Source: Candidatus Binatia bacterium
GTDB taxonomy: Bacteria > Desulfobacterota > Binatia > UBA9968 > JAJDTQ01
Assembly: GCA_963666515.2 (NCBI GenBank)
Contig: OY762897.2
Location: 3,355,912 to 3,419,911 of the forward strand
DNA length: 64,000 bases
Direction: 5' to 3'
The translations under genes were made by a program, and so were the position numbers. Shown one piece after another: positions 45,978 to 62,123 of this stretch; position 1 is the first letter of the stretch, and each line of letters starts with the position of its first letter. The notes below the pieces were generated by a model, which was given only the letters and a program-made list of their open reading frames with translations, was not told the origin of the DNA and ran no database searches.

Positions 45978-46331
45978 GTTGTTGCCTTCCCTTCTAGCGC
46001 GAGTGTTAGCTTGCCCGAACCGATAGCAGTGCTCCGTCCTGCTCCGCAATCAACCTACTAAGTGCATACGCTCTGGTGACCTCTTTCACGGGGCATTACC
46101 CAGTGAGCGCGTCCCGACAGTGAGGTGGTCCTACTTCGTAGGACAGATGGGCGGCAGAAATAAGGTGTATCCTCCGTGTTGACCATGTGTTGATTGTTCC
46201 TGAGCGAATCATCCGGTCTTTCAAGAGGAGCATTTTGCTTCTTTGTTTTCAGCAGGTTACGGGCTGCAAGCGGTAGGAGAAACCTACACGGCCAAGTTTC
46301 AAACCCGCCCGCGCCCGTATGTCGAAGGCCG

Positions 46332-48047
46332 CTACGCCGAGCAGATCACGTTGATCACCGCCTGGCGCTTCTCCACCTCCACTGCCTTGAGGCCCCGCTC
46401 CAGCGCGGGCATGAGGTCATCCGGGTCCTCCACCCGCTGGCCGTAGCCGTCGGCCACCTCCACCGCCTTCTCGTACTTGTCGATGCTGTCGAGCATGGTG
46501 ATGGGCTGGTGGCTGCTCTGGGCGGCGTAGCCCTCCGGGTTGAGCCCCACGGTGGCGCGGCGCACGGCCTGCCACCGCTGGTTGTTGAAGATGACGGTGA
46601 GGATGGGGAGCTTCTGCTCCGCCCCCACGTAGTGGCTGGCGATGGGGTTGCCGAACATGTAGGAGCCGTCGCCGTGGGTGCCGATGACCAGCCGGTCCCG
46701 GGCCGCGAGCTTGGCCCCCAGCGCCACGCCCAGGCCGTGCCCCAGACCGGAAGCGGCGCCGGCATTGAGCAGCGTGCCGGGCTGGGTGATGTCGATGTGG
46801 GTCGACGCGAGCGCCGATTCCTTCACCACGATGGTGTCGTCGCCCTTGAGCTGGTTGATGCAGTGGGTGATCCACACCGGGTGCAGCGGCTTGTTGTCCT
46901 TCACCTCGTCGAGCCGTCTGGCCCAGCCGTCGCGCTGTTTGCGCCACATCTCCGTCAACGCCTTCCGGCGCTTGTCGATGCTCGCCTTGACCCGGCCCTC
47001 GTGGGCGGACAGGGCCTCGTTCAGCGCAGTGAGGCCCACGTCCGTGCCGCACGCCAGGGCGATGTCGCAGGGGTGGCCGCGCAGCGGCACGTAGCTGTGC
47101 AACGGGTCCGCGCCCATGTGGATGACCCTGGCGTCCTCCCGCACCTTGTCCGTGGCCGGCAGCCATGGCACCGCCACGTCCACGACCAGGATCACGTCCG
47201 CCTGTCCGAGTAGCGGATTGAGGTCGTAGCCCAGGTTCATGGGGTGGTCGGTGGGCAGCGACATGTAGCGGTTGCGGTACTGCACCACGGGAATCGCGTA
47301 GCGCTCCGCCAGTTCGCCCAGCGGCCCCCACACCCGCGGGTTCCGGCCCGCCCAGTTGGTGATGATCAGCGGGTTCTCGGCATTCGCCAGGAGCGCCGCG
47401 GCCTCGTCCGTGGCCGCGGCGTTGGGATAGGGCGGTGCCGGAGCGTGCTGGCGCCCGGGCGACTCGTAGGTGAACTCGTCCATCTGCTCGGCCAGCACCT
47501 CCCGCGGCAGGCTCAGGTAGACCGGTCCGGTGGGCTCGCTCTTGGCCACCGACAGGGCTCGGTCCACGATGGTTTCGGTCTGCTTGCCGTTCCGCAGCTC
47601 GTAGTCCCACTTGGCCGCCTCGCGCACCATGGAGGCCTGGTCGAACATCTCCTGGGTCCAGTGGATGTCCAGGCTCCGGTGCCCGGCGAGGCCCTCCTCG
47701 TTGGTGGGGGTGCGGCCCGCGGTGAACAGCATGGGGATGTTGCCGCGGGCGGCGTTCAGGAACCCGTTCATGCCGTTGGCCGTGCCCACGTTGACGTGCA
47801 CCATCACCGCCTGGGGCTTGCCCGTGACCAGGTAGTAACCGATGGCCATGTGCATGGCGGTGTTTTCGTGCGGGCAGGTGACCGGCTCCGGGATGCGCGT
47901 CTCCAGCGACTGCGCCTTGGCCATGGCCTCCACGATGGGCGCGAAGTCCGTGCCGGCATTGGCGAAGAAGTAGTCCACGCCCCGGTCCGCCAGCAGCGCC
48001 AAGTAGGCATCCGCCACGGTCACGTTCAACAGGGTTGTCTTGGCCAT
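46332..48047 (-). CDS. thiamine-pyrophosphate-dependent enzyme (acetolactate-synthase-like family)
   Basis: Three-domain TPP-enzyme layout with the GDGS...NN TPP-binding motif (GTHGDGSYMFG...VIFNNQ). Start taken at MAKTTLL (48047). Confidence 0.85.
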   Translation of the reverse strand: MAKTTLLNVTVADAYLALLADRGVDYFFANAGTDFAPIVEAMAKAQSLETRIPEPVTCPHENTAMHMAIGYYLVTGKPQAVMVHVNVGTANGMNGFLNAARGNIPMLFTAGRTPTNEEGLAGHRSLDIHWTQEMFDQASMVREAAKWDYELRNGKQTETIVDRALSVAKSEPTGPVYLSLPREVLAEQMDEFTYESPGRQHAPAPPYPNAAATDEAAALLANAENPLIITNWAGRNPRVWGPLGELAERYAIPVVQYRNRYMSLPTDHPMNLGYDLNPLLGQADVILVVDVAVPWLPATDKVREDARVIHMGADPLHSYVPLRGHPCDIALACGTDVGLTALNEALSAHEGRVKASIDKRRKALTEMWRKQRDGWARRLDEVKDNKPLHPVWITHCINQLKGDDTIVVKESALASTHIDITQPGTLLNAGAASGLGHGLGVALGAKLAARDRLVIGTHGDGSYMFGNPIASHYVGAEQKLPILTVIFNNQRWQAVRRATVGLNPEGYAAQSSHQPITMLDSIDKYEKAVEVADGYGQRVEDPDDLMPALERGLKAVEVEKRQAVINVICSA

Positions 48048-48188
48048 CTCGTCCCTTTCCGTTTCATGGTTCCAGAAATTGCCCTTTCGGTCCGCCAGCC
48101 ACCGGTTCGACGCTATTCGTATATGATTGCCGGGGCACCGGCAAGGCAACGGATGCGGCGGCTCCTCGGTCAACTTTCAGGCCGCTGA

Positions 48189-48719
48189 ATGCTATACACC
48201 ACCCACCGTCGAAGGCTGTCACGGGACCGGGGAAAAACAGTGGCGAAGGGATCGAAGCGCGTGCTTCCGAAGGTGTTCGTGGACAAGTCCGCGATTCACG
48301 GGGAGGGGCTGTATGCGGGCGAAAGGATCCGCAAGGGCCGGCGCATCATCGAGTACAAGGGCGAGAGGGTCCCTTCTGGCGAAGGCACCACACGGTCCAG
48401 GGACGACGAGGAGCTGACCTACATCTTCACCCTGAACGACAAGTACGACGTGGACGGCTCCGTGAACGGCAACGAGGCGCGGTTCGCCAACCATTCCTGC
48501 GACGGCAACGCCTGGGTGGACATCATCCGCAACCGCATCTGGTTCATCGCCGAACGCAGCATCGCCGAAGGAGAGGAGATCACCATCGACTACCGGCTCC
48601 AGGCGGAAGAGCTGTATGAATGCGTTTGCGGCGCCGAGCAATGCCGGGGGTACATGAACGACGCCGACGACGAGTTGATGAAGAAGGTCAGGACCCGGCG
48701 CAATAAGCGCCTGGCGTGA
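48189..48719 (+). CDS. SET-domain protein (putative protein-lysine methyltransferase)
   Basis: GEGLYAG...IIEYKGE...RFANHSCDGN...EEITIDY plus the post-SET C-x-C-x4-C (CVCGAEQC). The start is uncertain (ATG 48189 or GTG 48240). Confidence 0.8.
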   Translation: MLYTTHRRRLSRDRGKTVAKGSKRVLPKVFVDKSAIHGEGLYAGERIRKGRRIIEYKGERVPSGEGTTRSRDDEELTYIFTLNDKYDVDGSVNGNEARFANHSCDGNAWVDIIRNRIWFIAERSIAEGEEITIDYRLQAEELYECVCGAEQCRGYMNDADDELMKKVRTRRNKRLA

Positions 48720-48755
48720 CGCCGCCCGGTTCCCGGTGGCGGTGGCTGCTTTTCC

Positions 48756-50324
48756 ATGTCTGCCTCCCATCCGTTCAACGAGCGCGACTTGGCGCAACTC
48801 CGAGCCCGCGGCATCTCCGCGGAACGCGCCGCGGACTGTCTGGACACTTTCGCCGCGGGCGTGCCCCACGCGGTGCTGGACCGGCCCTGCACCAGGGGCG
48901 ACGGCATTACGGTGCTGGAGGACGCGGAGGTAGACCGCCTGTGCCGCCGCGGCGAGGAGGCGGCGCGGGAAGGAAGGCTCACGAAGTTCGTTCCCGCGTC
49001 GGGAGCGGCGAGCCGCATGTTCCAGGCGCTGCTGGCGGCCCGGGGCCGGACCGGGGATGCGCCGGCGACCGTGGAGGACCTTCGCGATGCGCCGGAATAC
49101 CCGGTGCTGCGGGAGTTCCTGGCGCGCCTCGGCCGCTTCCCGTTCTATCCGCAACTGGAGGCGGCGATGGCGCGGCGCGGCGAGGAGCTTCCGCCGCTGC
49201 GCGAAGCCGGCCGCTTCCGTGAGATCCTGGACTGCCTCCTCGACCCCGGCGCAATGGGCTATGCCGCGCTTCCCAAGGGTCTGGTCCCGTTTCATCGCTA
49301 CGCCGACGACTGCCGCACGCCCGTGGCCGAACACCTGCTGGAGGCCCGCAGGTACGTCCGGGACCGGACCGGGATGGTGCGCCTTCACTTCACGGTCTCT
49401 CCCGAGCACTGGGGCGAGGTGGAGGACCACGTCGCGGCCATGTGCCGGCTCTACCAGGAGCGCAACACCTCCTTCGACGTGACCCTTTCGGTGCAGCGCC
49501 CCGACACCGACACGCTGGCCGCGACCCTCGACAACCAGCCGTTCCGCGAACCGGACGGAAGCCTTTCGCTCCGGCCCGGCGGCCATGGCGCCCTCCTGGC
49601 GAACCTCAATGACCTCGCGCCGGACGTTGTGTTCATCCAGAACGTCGACAACGTCGCCGTCCATGCCGCCACCGCGGTCCGCTACCGGAAGGCGCTGGCA
49701 GGCTTGCTGGTGGAGCTGCAGGCACGGGTGTTCCACTACCTCGACGGCCTTGATGCCGACCCGTCGCCGCCGCTGTTGGACGAGGTGTCGCGGTTCGCCC
49801 GGGACCTGTTGTCCGCGGCGCCCCCGGAAGGCCTCGCGGGCGCGCCCGCGGCCGAACGCGCCGGCTTCCTGCGCGAGACCCTCGACCGTCCGCTGCGCGT
49901 TTGCGGCATGGTGCCGTCCGCCGGCGAGCCGGGCGGCGGTCCCTTCTGGGTGCGGGACGCCCACGGAAGGTGCTCGCTCCAGATCGTCGAGTCTTCGCAG
50001 GTGGACATGGAGGAGCCTCGCCAGCGCGACGTCTTCGCCGCGTCCAGCCACTTCAATCCGGTGGACATGGTGTGCGGTGTCCGCCGGGCCTCGGGAGCGT
50101 GCTTCGATCTCATGGACTTCCGCGACCCGCGGGCCGCGTTCATCGCCGTCAAGTCCAGCCGCGGAAGCCGGCTCAAGACCCTGGAGCACCCCGGCCTGTG
50201 GAACGGCGGCATGGCGCGCTGGAACACGGTGTTCGTCGAGATGCCCGCCCAGACCTTCGCGCCGGTGAAGACCGTGCTCGACCTGTTGCGGCCCGAGCAC
50301 CAGCCCCGCCGCACATTGAAATAG
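48756..50324 (+). CDS. DUF4301-family protein (nucleotidyltransferase-like fold)
   Basis: KFVPASGAASRMF and RPGGHGAL blocks as I recall them for DUF4301. 522 aa. Confidence 0.65.
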   Translation: MSASHPFNERDLAQLRARGISAERAADCLDTFAAGVPHAVLDRPCTRGDGITVLEDAEVDRLCRRGEEAAREGRLTKFVPASGAASRMFQALLAARGRTGDAPATVEDLRDAPEYPVLREFLARLGRFPFYPQLEAAMARRGEELPPLREAGRFREILDCLLDPGAMGYAALPKGLVPFHRYADDCRTPVAEHLLEARRYVRDRTGMVRLHFTVSPEHWGEVEDHVAAMCRLYQERNTSFDVTLSVQRPDTDTLAATLDNQPFREPDGSLSLRPGGHGALLANLNDLAPDVVFIQNVDNVAVHAATAVRYRKALAGLLVELQARVFHYLDGLDADPSPPLLDEVSRFARDLLSAAPPEGLAGAPAAERAGFLRETLDRPLRVCGMVPSAGEPGGGPFWVRDAHGRCSLQIVESSQVDMEEPRQRDVFAASSHFNPVDMVCGVRRASGACFDLMDFRDPRAAFIAVKSSRGSRLKTLEHPGLWNGGMARWNTVFVEMPAQTFAPVKTVLDLLRPEHQPRRTLK

Positions 50325-50499
50325 GAGCCGTGCGAGTCTATAGTCAACTGTTTCGGAAACTTGAGTCCGGTCCACTCCAGGCCGATCCAGACCTTTGCAG
50401 CACCGGCTCTGCGCGGAACGGCACCGCAAGGACACTCTAATGGCACTATTCGGCACGCGGTTCTGGCGGCGCAACCCCGAGGGGGAGAAGAGGAGCGAC

Positions 50500-51597
<1,098 letters not shown>

Positions 51598-51607
51598 ACG
51601 GACGCCG

Positions 51608-51916
51608 GTGGCCGTTCCCGTAGAGATCAATCACGTCAAGGCCCAGGGCATCGTCCGCATCACGTGGGACGACGGGCACTCGGGGGAGTATCCCAAGGAG
51701 TACCTCAGAGGCTACTGCCCCTGCGCCCTCTGCCAGGGTCACGAGGCCGCCATCGAGAAACGTTTCGTGGAAGTGCCCAACGTGGAACTGGACGTCATCG
51801 AGCCGGTGGGCAACTACGCCATCGGGTTCCGCTGGAGCGACGGCCACGTCACCGGCATCTATACCTACGACTACCTGCGCTCGCTGTGTCCGTGCCGCGA
51901 GTGCGAGAAGAATTAG
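51608..51916 (+). CDS. DUF971 (gamma-butyrobetaine-hydroxylase-N-terminal-like) protein
   Basis: ITWDDGH...YLRGYCPCALC...GIYTYDYLRSLCPC pattern. GTG start. Confidence 0.75.
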   Translation: MAVPVEINHVKAQGIVRITWDDGHSGEYPKEYLRGYCPCALCQGHEAAIEKRFVEVPNVELDVIEPVGNYAIGFRWSDGHVTGIYTYDYLRSLCPCRECEKN

Positions 51917-51940
51917 TGTCCTGTCACCACAGGAGGAGCC

Positions 51941-52240
51941 ATGGTTACCAAGGAACAGATATATGAGGCCTTGCAGGACTGCTACGACCCCGAGATCCCG
52001 GTGAACATCGTGGACCTCGGTCTGGTGTACGACGTCGAGGTCGAGGACGACACCGTGGCGGTGAAGATGACCCTGACCACACCGGGATGCGGCATGGGCG
52101 GCATGATCGCCTCCAACGCCCAGTCCCTGATCATGGAGATCCCCGGCGTCAAGGACGCCAACGTGGACCTCGTGTGGGATCCGCCCTGGGATCCCAGCCG
52201 GATCAGCGAGGAAGCGCGGCAGAAGCTCGGAATTGGCTAA
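51941..52240 (+). CDS. DUF59/SufT-like metal-sulfur cluster assembly factor
   Basis: CYDPEIPVNIVDLGLVY...LTTPGCGMG. Confidence 0.8.
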   Translation: MVTKEQIYEALQDCYDPEIPVNIVDLGLVYDVEVEDDTVAVKMTLTTPGCGMGGMIASNAQSLIMEIPGVKDANVDLVWDPPWDPSRISEEARQKLGIG

Positions 52241-52286
52241 GCCGGGGATCGCCGCTGGCCATCCCTCATCCCGACCCCTACCCACC

Positions 52287-57953
<5,667 letters not shown>

Positions 57954-58022
57954 GGTTGCATTTGCCGGCCAAAACGGAAAGAAAGAGAGCAGACTTCACC
58001 GGCAGAACTCAGGAGGAAACCC

Positions 58023-58637
58023 ATGATCATCGAGATGAGAACCTACACGCTCAAGCCCGGCAAGACGCCGGACTTCGAGAAGGCATTCGAGGAAGGGCTG
58101 GAGCACCGCGCCAAGATCTCCCCGCTGGGGGCGTTCTTCCATTCGGAGGTGGGGGCGCTGAACCAGGTCATCCACATCTGGCCCTACGACAGCTTCGAGG
58201 AGAAGGACCGCATCGGTGCCGAGGCCCGGGCCACCGGCCACTGGCCGCCCAAGGTGCGCGAGTTCATGGTGACCCAGGAGAGCAAGATCTTCCAGGCGGC
58301 GCCGTTTTCCCCGCCGCTGGAGCCCCGCGAGATGGGCAACATCTACGAGATCCGCACCTACACGGTCCATCCGGGCTCCATTCCGACGCTGATCGAGCGC
58401 TGGCAGGAGTGCATCGAGGACCGGATCAAGATCTCGCCCCTGGCCGCCGGCTGGTTCACCACCTACGGCGCCCTCAACCAGTGGGTGCACATCTGGCCGT
58501 ACAAGGACATGGGCGAGCGGAGCCGCCTCCGCGCCGAGGCCATGAAGCTTCCCAACTGGCCGCCCACCACCCGCGAGATGCTGCTCCACCAGGAGAATTC
58601 CATCGTCGTGCCGGCGTCGTTCTCGCCGTTGCATTAG
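58023..58637 (+). CDS. NIPSNAP-family protein (duplicated domain)
   Basis: Two repeats of the pattern E(M/I)R(T)YT(L/V)(K/H)PG...W...HIWPY. Confidence 0.8.
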   Translation: MIIEMRTYTLKPGKTPDFEKAFEEGLEHRAKISPLGAFFHSEVGALNQVIHIWPYDSFEEKDRIGAEARATGHWPPKVREFMVTQESKIFQAAPFSPPLEPREMGNIYEIRTYTVHPGSIPTLIERWQECIEDRIKISPLAAGWFTTYGALNQWVHIWPYKDMGERSRLRAEAMKLPNWPPTTREMLLHQENSIVVPASFSPLH

Positions 58638-58753
58638 CTGGAAATCGGGCGCCCTCGCGTGTCCGAAATGCCGCCGTGCGGCTCGGCTGGCCGTGTGAAG
58701 CAATCGCTCCACCGGCCGGTCCGAGCCGCGCTTGCTTTTGGAGACCTCCATCC

Positions 58754-59290
58754 ATGAATACGACCCATGCCTTGCTTGTCATGTTGGGGTGGATCGGCCT
58801 CTTGGCCATGACATCGACCTCCTCGCTGGCACAGCATACTCACGCGGCATCGCCTTACGCGCATACCCGGAGCAGCGAATTCTCGACGCTTACGCCCCAG
58901 GAAGTGCGCGAACTTCGCAATGGAGAGGGGATGGGCCTCGCCCGACCGGCCGAGCTGAACAGTTTCCCCGGGCCAAGGCACCTCCTTGAACTGAAGTCGG
59001 CTCTTGATCTCAGCGAGATGCAGGTCGAGCGCATTGAGGCTATCCGCAGGAAGATGAAGACGCAGGCCGTCGCCAAGGGGGAGGAGATACTCCAGGCGGA
59101 GCAGCACCTCGCCGACCTTTTTGCTTCGGGACACCCGACCGTGACAGCAGTGAACCGCATTACGGAACAGTTGGGCATCATGCGGGGACAGCTACAGGCG
59201 ATCCATCTCGTGGCGCACGTCGAGAGTGCCCGCCACCTGACGGTCGAGCAGATCAGGAACTACGACCGGCTGCGCGGGTACCGGCATTGA
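58754..59290 (+). CDS. periplasmic LTXXQ-motif protein (Spy/CpxP-like or heavy-metal-sensor-like)
   Basis: Signal peptide plus three L(T/S)xxQ motifs: LTPQEV, LSEMQV, LTVEQI. Confidence 0.6.
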   Translation: MNTTHALLVMLGWIGLLAMTSTSSLAQHTHAASPYAHTRSSEFSTLTPQEVRELRNGEGMGLARPAELNSFPGPRHLLELKSALDLSEMQVERIEAIRRKMKTQAVAKGEEILQAEQHLADLFASGHPTVTAVNRITEQLGIMRGQLQAIHLVAHVESARHLTVEQIRNYDRLRGYRH

Positions 59291-59447
59291 GTTTCGACGC
59301 ACACCTTTTCGACTTGTCCGACACGAACGCCTCGGGCATCCGATCCAGCGATCTCTCCGCGGATATTTCCGGCATTAGCGATCCTTCCAACGCCAGAATA
59401 GGGACTTTTTGCTTGATAAGGAAGGGTATCTGAGATTTCTGCGGCCT

Positions 59448-60549
<1,102 letters not shown>

Positions 60550-60671
60550 GGCGGGCTCCCGCGACGGCCGGTTCATGCGACCCGTCGCCACGATGGCTAT
60601 CAATATAGCGGATGTTCTGGAGGACGACAAAAGGGCCGATCCGGCCTGTCGCGAGTGCCTGAACCGGCCTC

Positions 60672-61127
60672 TCACCTGTTCGCGACCTTCAGCTCTCTGC
60701 GCACGCGCCGCTCCATGGCGCGCATCTGCCGTTCGTCTTCGGGCGAGCGCTCGTGGTCGTAGCCCAGGTTGTGCAGGATGCCGTGGATGAGCAGCACCTC
60801 CAGCTCGTCGTCCAGAGAACGCCGCCGCTGGCGTGCCTGCCGGGCGGCCTTCTCCACAGAGATGATCACGTCGCCGATAAGCCGGGGCCCGGAGGGAGAC
60901 GGGTCTTCCATCGGGAAGGAAAGCACGTCGGTGGGCTCGTCGCGTGAGCGGTAGCGCCCGTTGAGATCGCGGATCTCGTCGTCGCCCACCAGCGCCACGC
61001 TCAGCTCGCAGTCGTTCTGGTCCAGCAGGCGCAGTATCCAACGCGCCTTGGCCGCCAAGCCGCGTGTGGGCACGCGCTTGGCCGCGCCGCGGCGCACCAC
61101 GTCTACGGTGACGGCGCCGTCACCCAT
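60672..61127 (-). CDS. ybeY: rRNA maturation endoribonuclease YbeY
   Basis: HGILHNLGYDH zinc motif. The start overlaps the phoH-like stop by 8 nt. Confidence 0.85.
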   Translation of the reverse strand: MGDGAVTVDVVRRGAAKRVPTRGLAAKARWILRLLDQNDCELSVALVGDDEIRDLNGRYRSRDEPTDVLSFPMEDPSPSGPRLIGDVIISVEKAARQARQRRRSLDDELEVLLIHGILHNLGYDHERSPEDERQMRAMERRVRRELKVANR

Positions 61128-62118
61128 CCCGTTCTTCGTCTGGCTGGGTATCGCGCTCGTAGGCGGAGATGATGTCCTGCACCAGGCGGTGCCGGGCCAC
61201 GTCCTTCTCGGTGAAGGTGATGAAGCGGATGCCCTCCACCCCCCGCAGGATGCGCCACGCCTCCTTGAGCCCGGAGAGCCGGCCCGCGGGCAGGTCGATC
61301 TGGGTCACGTCGCCGGTGATGACGGCCTTGGAGCCGTAGCCCAGCCGGGTGAGGAACATCTTCATCTGCTCCGGGGTGGTGTTCTGGCCCTCGTCCAGGA
61401 TGACGAAGGAGTCGTTGAGGGTGCGGCCGCGCATGAAGGCCAGCGGCGCCACCTCGATGCTGCCCCGCTCCAGCAGGCGCCGGGCCTTGTCGAAGTCCAC
61501 CATGTCGTGCATGGCGTCGTACAGCGGCCGCAGGTAGGGGTTCACCTTCTCGGCCAGATCGCCGGGCAGGAAGCCGAGCTTCTCGCCGGCCTCCACCGCC
61601 GGGCGGGTGAGGATGATCCGGGCGTAGTTGTTCTTCATCAGCTCGGACACGGCCATGGCCATGGCCAGATAGGTCTTGCCGGTGCCCGCCGGGCCGATGC
61701 CGAAGACGATGTCGTGGCGGCGGATTGCGTCGATGTAGCTCTTCTGGGCGACGCTCTTGGGGGTGATGGTGCGCTTGTGGGACGAGATGTAGATGGTGTC
61801 GAGGAATATCTCCTGCAGGTTGGCCTTGCCGTTGCTGCTCAGGATGCGGATGGCATAGTCGACGTCGCTGCCGTACACGGGGTATCCCCGCTCCAGCAGC
61901 CCGTAGAGCTGGCGCATGACTTCCTGCGCCAGTTCCGCCTCGGGCCGGTCGCCCTGGATCTCCATCTCGGTGCCGTGCACCCGGAACCTGACGCCCAGCG
62001 CCCGCTGCGCGATCTTCAGGTGCTCGTCCTGGTTGCCCAGGAGTTCCCGGAAGAGCCGCGGGTCGTTGAATGCCAGATGGGGCGCCCCGAGCACGCTCTC
62101 GACAGAGGCTTGGTTCAT
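61120..62118 (-). CDS. phoH: PhoH-like ATPase (YbeZ family)
   Basis: GPAGTGKTY Walker A and VILDEGQN Walker B. Start taken at MNQASVES (62118). Confidence 0.85.
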   Translation of the reverse strand: MNQASVESVLGAPHLAFNDPRLFRELLGNQDEHLKIAQRALGVRFRVHGTEMEIQGDRPEAELAQEVMRQLYGLLERGYPVYGSDVDYAIRILSSNGKANLQEIFLDTIYISSHKRTITPKSVAQKSYIDAIRRHDIVFGIGPAGTGKTYLAMAMAVSELMKNNYARIILTRPAVEAGEKLGFLPGDLAEKVNPYLRPLYDAMHDMVDFDKARRLLERGSIEVAPLAFMRGRTLNDSFVILDEGQNTTPEQMKMFLTRLGYGSKAVITGDVTQIDLPAGRLSGLKEAWRILRGVEGIRFITFTEKDVARHRLVQDIISAYERDTQPDEERDG

Positions 62119-62123
62119 TCTTG

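Noticed and set aside
46128-46144. 7-bp hairpin GTCCTAC-TTC-GTAGGAC in the gap between the TPP-enzyme gene stop and the start of the uncharacterised 236-aa protein gene; considered as a terminator.
   Set aside because: There is no U-tract on either strand and it is an isolated short stem. Support is insufficient to call it a feature.
52233-52286. TTG start at 52233 for the UvrA fusion, overlapping the DUF59 gene.
   Set aside because: UvrA homologues begin close to the (I/V)xVxGAxxxNLK block, which fits the ATG at 52287. Neither start has a clear RBS, so the 5' end remains uncertain.
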